A stretch of DNA of 64,000 bases from Thermosynechococcaceae cyanobacterium (lineage in GTDB: Bacteria; Cyanobacteriota; Cyanobacteriia; Thermosynechococcales; Thermosynechococcaceae), in the NCBI GenBank assembly GCA_041748155.1, contig JBGTDT010000030.1, positions 14,894-78,893 of the forward strand, read 5' to 3'. Positions within the stretch are counted from its first letter, which is position 1. Each line of letters begins with the position of its first letter. The notes under the pieces are model-generated. The model was not told the origin of the DNA. It saw only the letters and a list, made by a program, of their open reading frames with translations, and made no database searches. Shown here piece by piece: positions 56,786 to 64,000 of this stretch. The position numbers and the translations under genes were made by a program.

Positions 56786-57217
56786 ATGCACCAACTGCTC
56801 CTGTGGTTTAGCCAGAGCTTTCAGGCCCTCAGCATTTCTATACGAGCCCCGATCGCAATTAGTTTGGGTGCGATCGCAGGCGCCCTAAGTCGCTACTACC
56901 TGACTCTAGGATTCACCCAGTGGCTGGGTTCTGCCTTTCCCTACGGAGCCTTTGCCATCAATCTTTCTGGCAGCTTCGTCATGGGCTTTTTTACCACCCT
57001 GGTTTTAGCCCAAGTGATTACGTCTCCCGACCTGCGTTTGTTGATCTCAGTTGGTTTCTTAGGTGCTTACACAACCTTCTCCAGCTACAGTCTGGATACC
57101 GTTAACCTGCTTGACACCAGCAGGGGAGGCACGGCGCTATTGTACTGGGCTGGCAGTGCTGTCCTCGGCGTGATTTGTTTAGGAGCAGGTCGTCTCCTAG
57201 CTCAGAACCTGCTGTGA
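56786..57217 (+). CDS. crcB: Fluoride ion channel CrcB/FluC
   Basis: GAIAGALSRYYL, YGAFAINLSGSFVMGFF, and GFLGAYTTFSSY. The ATG at 56786 is preceded by GGGTGGGA. The track starts at the GTG at 56729. Confidence 0.85.
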   Translation: MHQLLLWFSQSFQALSISIRAPIAISLGAIAGALSRYYLTLGFTQWLGSAFPYGAFAINLSGSFVMGFFTTLVLAQVITSPDLRLLISVGFLGAYTTFSSYSLDTVNLLDTSRGGTALLYWAGSAVLGVICLGAGRLLAQNLL

Positions 57218-57828
57218 CTCTCGATACTTACCGTTCTAGTAGGACAAAACGGCGGATTATTGGCCTAACTGGCGGCATTGCCACGGGCAAAACTACGGTT
57301 TCTCAGTATCTAGCCTCGACTTACCAGCTTCCCATTTTAGATGCAGACCGCTATGCTCGCGATGCCGTCGCACCTGGCACCGGTGGGTTAACTCAAATTG
57401 TTAAGCGTTATGGCCCTGGGATTCTGCTCCCGGATGGAAAGTTAAATCGACCTCACCTTGGCAGGATTGTGTTTAGTAGCACCTCTGAACGGCTGTGGTT
57501 GGAGGCCCAAGTTCATCCCTACGTGCGGCAACGCCTCCAGGTAGAACTTACTGCTCTGAACCAGCTTTCGGTCGTCGTCCTTGTGGTTCCTTTGCTGTTT
57601 GAGGCGGAGATGACGGATTTGGTGAGCGAGATTTGGGTGGTCTACTGTTCCCCAGCACAACAGATAGAACGACTAATCCACCGCGATCGCCTCTCGCTAG
57701 AACAGGCCCAAGCCAGAATTGCTAGTCAGATGCCAATCGCAGCAAAAGTTGCTCGCTCAGCGATCGCCCTAGACAACTCATTCACCTCTGAGGTGCTGCT
57801 GAAACAAGTTGATTTGGCCCTAAGTTAG
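57214..57828 (+). CDS. coaE: Dephospho-CoA kinase
   Basis: P-loop IIGLTGGIATGKTT. The GTG at 57214 overlaps the crcB stop (GTGA). The track start at 57175 would overlap crcB by 43 nt. Confidence 0.85.
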   Translation: MTLDTYRSSRTKRRIIGLTGGIATGKTTVSQYLASTYQLPILDADRYARDAVAPGTGGLTQIVKRYGPGILLPDGKLNRPHLGRIVFSSTSERLWLEAQVHPYVRQRLQVELTALNQLSVVVLVVPLLFEAEMTDLVSEIWVVYCSPAQQIERLIHRDRLSLEQAQARIASQMPIAAKVARSAIALDNSFTSEVLLKQVDLALS

Positions 57829-57961
57829 GTTGACTATTTGGCTTTACTTGGGTTTGAACCAGTCTCTGAGCCAGTTAGCTGTCTGTCAAATTGGCCTAAC
57901 GAACTGGCCTAACATTGGGTTGGAAGTATGATTTTGTAGAAGTTCAACAGAGGTTGCTGCC

Positions 57962-58462
57962 ATGTTACTTAAAGGCTCCTGTCACTGTCAGGCGGTACGC
58001 TTTAGGGTCCGTAGCTACCACCCCTACCCATTCCTGCGTTGCTACTGCTCAATCTGTCGCAAGACCGCAGGGGGTGGTGGCTATGCCATCAATATTGCTG
58101 GCGACAATACAACCCTGGAAATTGAGGGTGAGGAGAACATCACCGTCTACCACGCCCAGATTCAAAACCCGGAGGACTCCCAGCCCTGGCAAAGTCAGGG
58201 GGAGCGCCGTTTTTGTCGTCATTGCGGGTCGTGCTTGTGGGTTTATGATCCCAGCTATCCAGCCCTAATGCACCCTTTCGCTTCGGCCATTGACACCGAC
58301 CTCCCTAAGCCCCCAGAGCGAACCCACATCATGCTGGATTTTGCCGCAAGCTGGGTTGAGGTTCCTGCTGGCCCAAACGACCATCAGCTCCAGCGCTATC
58401 CTCAGGAATCCCTGGCAGGTTGGCACGAAAGACTGGGCCTGAGCGATCAAGCCCGCGACTAG
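57962..58462 (+). CDS. GFA (glutathione-dependent formaldehyde-activating / CENP-V-like) family zinc protein
   Basis: 166 aa. GSCHCQAVRF, CYCSICRK, and FCRHCGSCLW cysteine clusters. Confidence 0.7.
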   Translation: MLLKGSCHCQAVRFRVRSYHPYPFLRCYCSICRKTAGGGGYAINIAGDNTTLEIEGEENITVYHAQIQNPEDSQPWQSQGERRFCRHCGSCLWVYDPSYPALMHPFASAIDTDLPKPPERTHIMLDFAASWVEVPAGPNDHQLQRYPQESLAGWHERLGLSDQARD

Positions 58463-58918
58463 AAGCACAACTGATTGCCGCTGCAACCAACGCTCCCTGG
58501 CGGCGGTATTGCCATAGAGCTTCCTGAGGCCAACCACAAGCAGCGGCTCCCTTGAATTTTGAGGCAAATTTAGATCCGCTGGGTCTGAAGCACCGGGTTG
58601 ACGCAGAAAGTCGGTGATGAACACCACCGGACGGGAACTATCCCAGTAGGTCTGGAGCCGATCTTGACTAATTAAATAGTCTGGGGTTGAACCGGGAGAC
58701 TGGGGCGGAATCCGGTTGGGTCCGCCATCAGCTAAAACCAACAGGATTCGGTAAGCTGTCCCCTGTTAGCCTTTGGCCCATCCGGGCGGAAGTGATCCAT
58801 CCTGACTCAGGTTGGGAATTGCTGAGGAGGGGTGGTTGCCTTTAGGGTCTAGGTAATAGCTGATCGCTGCCACAGCACCAAGTTCCCGTGACCCCTCAAA
58901 GGTCCACAGGGTTATCAT
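58265..58918 (-). pseudogene. Reading frame interrupted by one in-frame TAA (58766-58768); possible gene remnant
   Basis: An ATG at 58918 opens 50 codons ending ...GWAKG then TAA. The same frame continues QGTAYRILLVLADGGPN... to 58265, where its last ~200 nt overlap the convergent GFA gene. Confidence 0.3.
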
Positions 58919-58939
58919 CCCTAACTGGGGGTTGGCGGT

Positions 58940-59428
58940 TCAAGTGAAGTAGCCCTGCCAAGTTTCGACTAAGCGTTGCGCTGCGGCTGTCCCTTCCTGG
59001 GGAAAGGCAGGCAGGAATTCTTTGTCTGTACTCGGCTCGTAGGGTCCTTCTTTGAGTTCTAAGATGGCAGTATTTGGGCTGAGTGCAACTAGGGTGTGGT
59101 AAGTTCCCTCCCCCAGTTCGATCGCGCGAGTTGGCCCCTGAGCACTGACTCGCTCCTGCTCAGTAACCTGACCCTCGTCGTTGAGAATAATCATGCCCAA
59201 CTCACCTTGCAATACCAGGAAAAATTCAAAGCCGTTAAGGCCCGATCTGCGGCGATGTCGATGGGGACGGACATAGGTGCCAGGCTGGAGAACGTTGATA
59301 AAGCGTTGAACCCGCTCCGCTGGATCATGAAAGTTATAGTTCTGACGCAGCCGCAAACTATCGTGAGCTTGCTGGGCGACAGTATTCAGCAATTCCTGGT
59401 CAAGGCGCTTGATCGATGGAGATACCAT
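58940..59428 (-). CDS. WbuC-family cupin-fold metalloprotein
   Basis: QNYNFHDPAERVQRFINVLQPGTYVRPHRH and FEFFLVLQGELGMIIL. The ATG at 59428 (MVSPSIKRL) is preferred over the track start at 59479. Confidence 0.65.
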   Translation of the reverse strand: MVSPSIKRLDQELLNTVAQQAHDSLRLRQNYNFHDPAERVQRFINVLQPGTYVRPHRHRRRSGLNGFEFFLVLQGELGMIILNDEGQVTEQERVSAQGPTRAIELGEGTYHTLVALSPNTAILELKEGPYEPSTDKEFLPAFPQEGTAAAQRLVETWQGYFT

Positions 59429-59524
59429 AAAAAGTGATCTGTACCTAACGGTTGACAATGCCTGCAAGCCAAAAATCAAGTATATTCCAGCTTGCCGTGG
59501 TTCAGCTTAACAATCCGGGCAGAA

Positions 59525-62500
59525 TTAGGCAGGGTCTGTTTTGGCTTCAATCACTGCTTCCGCTTGGTGAACCAGCGATCGCAACTCCTCCAGCGTCGTC
59601 CCATCAACCTGTTGCCACAACCCGCGCTGGTGGGCCTCTAGAAACCGTTCTGCCATGTCTCGCAAGACCCACGGGTTTTGTTGCTGAATAAAGTTCTGCA
59701 CGGTTGGATCAAACAGGTAGGCTGCCGCCACCCCCTGGTACATGTGGTCTTCCACACAGTGGGCAGTAGCACTGTAAGCAAATAGATAATCGACGGTCGC
59801 TGCCATTTCAAACGCTCCCTTGTACCCGTGGCGCATCACCCCGGCAATCCACTTAGGGTTGATAACGCGGGAACGATAGACGCGGGCGATTTCCTCCTCT
59901 AGTAACCGCACCTTAGGGTTTTCAGGCATGGAATGGTCGCCGAAGTAAGTCTGAGGGTTCTCTCCCCTGAGGGTACGGACGGCGGCAGTCAGCCCGCCCT
60001 GGAACTGGTAGTAGTCATCGGAGTCCAGCAGGTCATGCTCGCGGTTGTCCTGATTCTGCAGGACCACTTGCAGATTTGCTAAGCGCTGCTCAAAGGCTTC
60101 CGGGGCAGCACGACCTTCACCCTGGCGGGTATAGGCATAACTGCTCCAGTTGATATAAGCCTGGGCCAGATCTGCGTCAGTTGTCCAGTTTTGCGCGTCG
60201 ATCAAGCCCTGAAGTCCGGCCCCGTAGGCTCCCGGTTTAGAGCCAAAAATTCGGTAGCGCGATCGCACTGCCGCCTGGTTTGGGCTCAGTCCGGCTGCTT
60301 GCCAAAATTCGGTTTCCTGGCGCACCTGCATAGCCAGCGGGTTTTGCGCCTGGGGTTCCTCCAGGGCCGCAACTGCCGTTACTGCCTGGTCAAACAGGTC
60401 AATCAGATTGGCAAAGGCATCCCGAAAAAAGCCAGAGATTCGCAGGGTCACGTCTACGCGCGGACGTCCCAAGACAGAGAGCGGCAAAACTTCAAAGTCT
60501 ACGACTCGCCGGGAGAGCCCATCCCAGACTGGCTGTACCCCCAGCAGCGCTAAAGCCTCGGCTAAGTCATCTCCGCCAGTTCGCATCGTCGCAGTGCCCC
60601 AGAGAGACAGCCCCAGGGTTCTAGGGTACTCGCCGTTTTCCTGAGTGTAGCGTTCGATCACGGCTGCGGCAGCTTTGCGACCCACGTCCCAGGCAGTCTC
60701 GGTCGGAATGGCGCGAATATCGACGGAGTAGAAGTTGCGGCCCGTGGGCAGCACCTCCGGGCGACCTCGCGTCGGGGCTCCGGCAGGACCACTGGGGACA
60801 TAGCGTCCCGCCAGTCCTTGCAGGAGATGGACAATTTCTTGCTCCGTCTGCTGGAGGGTGGGCAAAAGGCGATCGCGAATCCATTCCAGTTCCGGCTGGG
60901 TCGCGGCTCCCACTTCTATGGGAACACTAGCCATCACCTGCTCCACCAGGGCTGCAGCCTGCTCTGATAGGGCGGTAATTTGATCACCGACAATCCGGTA
61001 GGGAGGCTGGGCAGGTTGGGCCGGGTCGGTCGTGAGGGGATCAAAAGCCAGTTGCTGGTCCTGGGCCAGAGCGCGGGTTAATCCGATCCGGTTTGAGCTG
61101 GGATGACGGGCGATCGCCACAATCAAATCTCGCAACTGCCGTCCTTGCGGACACTGCCCCAGAATATGCAGACCGTCCCGGATTTGGGCTTCTTTCAGTT
61201 CACACAGGTAGCCATCGGCTTGGGTGAGAAACTCCCCTAGCTGCTCTGGGCCAGTCAATACATCCAGATCCACACCCAAGTCGCGGTGCAGGTTCTCCTG
61301 AAGCACCAGGGCGGTGATCCGAGCTTGAATCAGCCCTAGGCGAACTGGATCTAAGCTTTGAGCTTCATAGTACTCGTCAATCAGCGTTTCTAACTGCTGA
61401 AGTGGCCCGTAGGTTTCGGCGCGGGTCATCGGTGGGGTAAGGTGATCGAGAATGACAGCTTGGGCCCGGCGCTTGGCTTGGGCTCCTTCCCCCGGATCGT
61501 TGACAATAAAGGGATATAGGTGAGGCAGCGGGCCTAAAGCGACCTCTGGATAGCAGCTTTGGCAGAGGGCCACGCTTTTACCCGGTAGCCACTCCAGGTT
61601 GCCGTGTTTGCCGACGTGGACAATCGCCTGGGCTTTAAAGTGTTGCCTCACCCAGGCGTAAAAGGCGAGATAGGCATGGGGAGGCTCTAAGTCTGGAGCA
61701 TGGTAGTTTAAGGCCGGGTCTAGGTCGTAGCCACGAGCGGGTTGAATCCCAACAAAAATATGCCCCAACTGTAGCCCTGCGATCGCAAAGCCGATTCGGG
61801 ATGCCCCAGAAGAGGGAGTCCCCACTTGCCGATCGAGGGCGGTTGCGTAGTCTTCAGCAGCTCCCCAACGCTGGTGAACTCCCTGCTGCACGGCTACGGG
61901 CAGCGTGGCAAAATAACGCTGATAGTCTTCTAGGCATAAGTGTTGCTCTACCCGGCGTAATTCTCGTCCCTCTGGGTCATTCGTGACTGCTGCCGTCAAG
62001 CGCTGGATTAATTCCGCTCCGGTTTGCGGTTTGGTCTCTACCCAATAACCTGCCTGCTGCAATGCCCACAGGATTTCAACACAACTGGCTGGAGTGTCCA
62101 AGCCCACTCCATTGGCTAGCCGTCCATCGCGGTTGGGGTAGTTCGCCAGGATCAAGGCAATGTGTCGCTCTGCCGGGGAGGTCCGCCGGAGTTGAACCCA
62201 GGCTTGGGCTAGATCCGCCACAAATGAGATCCGATCGCCCACGGGTTCATACCCGACGACATCGGTCTCTAGGTCAGGATTTCGGGCTTGCACAGCCTTG
62301 AAGGAAACAGCCCGGCTAATGATCCGCCCATCTACCTCAGGTAGGGCCACGTTCATGGCCATATCTCTGGGTGAAAGCCCAGTTGAAAGTTGCTGCCACT
62401 GCTCAACTGGACTTCCGCTCAAAATCACTTGCAGGACCGGCACATCCAGACGCTGCCACAGGTCCAGAGCAGGAACGGCGGAGTCCAGCTTAGCCAGGGA

Positions 62501-63301
62501 AAAACTGGTGGTGTTGAGGAGCACCGCTATTGCACCCTCAGCGGTAGAGCCAAAATAAGATAGGAGCTGCGCTTGCACATCAGGGTCACGTAGAGAAGTG
62601 ACAAAAACTGGCAGAGGCTCTAGGTTTCGCTCAACTAAAGCTTGACAGAGGGCATCTATCGGCGCTGTATTTCCGGCCAGATAATGGGCTCGGTAGAACA
62701 AAATTCCCACCTTGCCCCTTGGCTGAGAACGCGTCTGCTGAGGTTGGACTGAGGACCAGGAATAGAAACCGATCTGGGGAACCACCTGAGGAGGCGGCGG
62801 ATTATAGGCTTGGCTCCAGCAGACATCCGCAATGAACTTCAGCGCGTTCACCGTGTTCTCAACCCCGCCTTCCGTAAAGTAGCGCCACAGCCGATTAACT
62901 GCCGACAGGGAAATCGTCGAGTGACTGAGCAGATTTGGGTCAGGGCGATCGTCCCCCGGCATCACAATTAGGGCGGCCCCGGTGCGCTGCGCCAGCTCCT
63001 CTACCACTTCTAGTCCATAGGACCAGTAGGCCCGTCCTCCCAGCAGCCGCAGGATGATCACTTGGGCCTGCTCTAGGACTTCCTCCGCATAGGTATCAAT
63101 CGTCAACGGTTGCTGGAGCTGGAGCAGATTCACAGCCCTAATGGCCGCAAACTCAGTCGGCAGTCTTTGGACTGCCTTGCCTAGGGTTTGAATGTCAGTG
63201 TCAGCAGCGCTGAGTAGGACAATGGGTGCAGGGGTCTGCTGAATCAAGACTACGCCTTCCTCCGGTGTCCAACCGCCAGGCGTAGCAGCCAAACGATGCA
63301 T
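59525..63301 (-). CDS. cobN: Cobaltochelatase large subunit CobN
   Basis: 1258 aa. CobN/Mg-chelatase family block HVGKHGNLEWLPGK. The length and N-terminus (IVLLSAADTDIQTL) fit CobN rather than ChlH. Confidence 0.85.
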   Translation of the reverse strand: MHRLAATPGGWTPEEGVVLIQQTPAPIVLLSAADTDIQTLGKAVQRLPTEFAAIRAVNLLQLQQPLTIDTYAEEVLEQAQVIILRLLGGRAYWSYGLEVVEELAQRTGAALIVMPGDDRPDPNLLSHSTISLSAVNRLWRYFTEGGVENTVNALKFIADVCWSQAYNPPPPQVVPQIGFYSWSSVQPQQTRSQPRGKVGILFYRAHYLAGNTAPIDALCQALVERNLEPLPVFVTSLRDPDVQAQLLSYFGSTAEGAIAVLLNTTSFSLAKLDSAVPALDLWQRLDVPVLQVILSGSPVEQWQQLSTGLSPRDMAMNVALPEVDGRIISRAVSFKAVQARNPDLETDVVGYEPVGDRISFVADLAQAWVQLRRTSPAERHIALILANYPNRDGRLANGVGLDTPASCVEILWALQQAGYWVETKPQTGAELIQRLTAAVTNDPEGRELRRVEQHLCLEDYQRYFATLPVAVQQGVHQRWGAAEDYATALDRQVGTPSSGASRIGFAIAGLQLGHIFVGIQPARGYDLDPALNYHAPDLEPPHAYLAFYAWVRQHFKAQAIVHVGKHGNLEWLPGKSVALCQSCYPEVALGPLPHLYPFIVNDPGEGAQAKRRAQAVILDHLTPPMTRAETYGPLQQLETLIDEYYEAQSLDPVRLGLIQARITALVLQENLHRDLGVDLDVLTGPEQLGEFLTQADGYLCELKEAQIRDGLHILGQCPQGRQLRDLIVAIARHPSSNRIGLTRALAQDQQLAFDPLTTDPAQPAQPPYRIVGDQITALSEQAAALVEQVMASVPIEVGAATQPELEWIRDRLLPTLQQTEQEIVHLLQGLAGRYVPSGPAGAPTRGRPEVLPTGRNFYSVDIRAIPTETAWDVGRKAAAAVIERYTQENGEYPRTLGLSLWGTATMRTGGDDLAEALALLGVQPVWDGLSRRVVDFEVLPLSVLGRPRVDVTLRISGFFRDAFANLIDLFDQAVTAVAALEEPQAQNPLAMQVRQETEFWQAAGLSPNQAAVRSRYRIFGSKPGAYGAGLQGLIDAQNWTTDADLAQAYINWSSYAYTRQGEGRAAPEAFEQRLANLQVVLQNQDNREHDLLDSDDYYQFQGGLTAAVRTLRGENPQTYFGDHSMPENPKVRLLEEEIARVYRSRVINPKWIAGVMRHGYKGAFEMAATVDYLFAYSATAHCVEDHMYQGVAAAYLFDPTVQNFIQQQNPWVLRDMAERFLEAHQRGLWQQVDGTTLEELRSLVHQAEAVIEAKTDPA

Positions 63302-63400
63302 GGTTATTTCCCTGTCCTATAGGATGCTAGAGTCTCTGATGCCTGTCTGAAAAATTGGATCGCCTGTACCGTCAGCCCTCGAAGTTTTTATGATGTTTTT

Positions 63401-64000
63401 ATGATAGATACCTTCCCAGATTTAAACGCTGTCAATCCTTTTTTTCGGCTGAACTACGAACCGGCCCTAGAATTCCTGGGGGATGATTATTTTGACCGGG
63501 TTGCAGCAGCGGAATTTCCCCAGCACATCCTGCGGTTCCGCAACAACCAACTGCTGCCAAAGCTAGGGCTTGATCCCAAAGTAGTTACAGACGCAGACTT
63601 TATCGGGGCCTTTGGTCAGTTTCAGGCTCAACAACCGTGTTTGGCTTTGCGCTACCACGGCTACCAGTTTGGCGAGTATAACCCGCGCCTGGGAGATGGC
63701 AGAGGTTTCCTCTACGGCCAGGTTCGCGGTACGGATGGAGAATTGTATGACTTTGGCACCAAAGGTTCTGGCACTACACCCTACTCCAGAGGTGGAGATG
63801 GCAGGCTGACCCTGAAGGGTGGCATGCGGGAAGTGCTGGCAGCGGAAGCCTTACACCACTTAGGAGTTCTCACCTCTCGCTGTCTCAGCTTAATTGAAAC
63901 CGGAGAAGCGCTGTGGCGCGGTGACGAACCTTCCCCGACCCGCTCCTCGGTAATGGTTCGCTTCAGCCGCTCTCACATCCGGTTCGGCACGTTTGAGCGG
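63401..64000 (+). CDS. selO: Protein adenylyltransferase SelO (YdiU/UPF0061), 3'-truncated by the window edge
   Basis: My own translation from the ATG at 63401 is open to the window end. It contains [52 protein letters not shown], and [10 protein letters not shown]. It is absent from the ORF track because it has no stop in the window. Confidence 0.85.
   Translation, partial: MIDTFPDLNAVNPFFRLNYEPALEFLGDDYFDRVAAAEFPQHILRFRNNQLLPKLGLDPKVVTDADFIGAFGQFQAQQPCLALRYHGYQFGEYNPRLGDGRGFLYGQVRGTDGELYDFGTKGSGTTPYSRGGDGRLTLKGGMREVLAAEALHHLGVLTSRCLSLIETGEALWRGDEPSPTRSSVMVRFSRSHIRFGTFER

Noticed and set aside
56650-56790. Fluoride (crcB-motif) riboswitch upstream of crcB
   Set aside because: No match by eye to the conserved riboswitch core. 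Only a short hairpin is present.
63302-63400. Cobalamin riboswitch upstream of cobN
   Set aside because: Only 99 nt separate cobN from the divergent selO start. I see no B12-box-like core in either orientation.
63612-63809. 65-aa plus-strand ORF from the track
   Set aside because: It is out of frame inside the clearly recognisable selO reading frame that starts at 63401.

Overview
Cyanobacterial chromosomal window. The HIP1 octamer GCGATCGC is frequent in the GC-rich parts, and the gene content fits (pilMNOQ, a small Tat-type Rieske protein, CobN, cyanobacteria-type conserved hypotheticals). The left ~19.6 kb and right ~20 kb hold ordinary core genes: a coaBC fragment, copper amine oxidase, MATE transporter, alaS, two Uma2 endonucleases, pilMNOQ, an orphan sugar-binding protein, folC, tRNA-Gly(UCC), DUF427, an IMPase-family gene, UbiD, a UvrD-like helicase, a P450, two ferritin-like paralogs, crcB, coaE, a GFA-family gene, a WbuC-type cupin, cobN and a selO fragment. 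The centre (19.7-43.9 kb) is the main item. It is an unbroken plus-strand run of 21 ORFs forming a glycan-biosynthesis island. It carries four sulfotransferase domains (one fused to an FkbM methyltransferase) and about nine glycosyltransferase-like genes. It also has a CMP-sugar module (NeuA/KdsB-type cytidylyltransferase, 2-hydroxyacid dehydrogenase, SDR, DUF115/GT42-like transferase), a PhyH-type dioxygenase fused to a Rieske domain, and a pyruvyl transferase with a long unassigned N-terminal domain. A Wzy-like membrane protein and GDP-mannose 4,6-dehydratase complete it. The island is a compositional mosaic: several segments are AT-rich and contain no HIP1. No flippase, export, priming-transferase, PAPS-supply or regulator gene is visible in the window. 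Outside the island, the notable items are a clean 21-bp (3 x 7) tandem repeat array abutting the helicase stop codon, with a mini-copy abutting the alaS stop. There is also a ~0.8-kb ORF-free region beside the tRNA and a reading frame interrupted by an in-frame stop. All family calls rest on motifs read by eye from the supplied translations; no database search was run.
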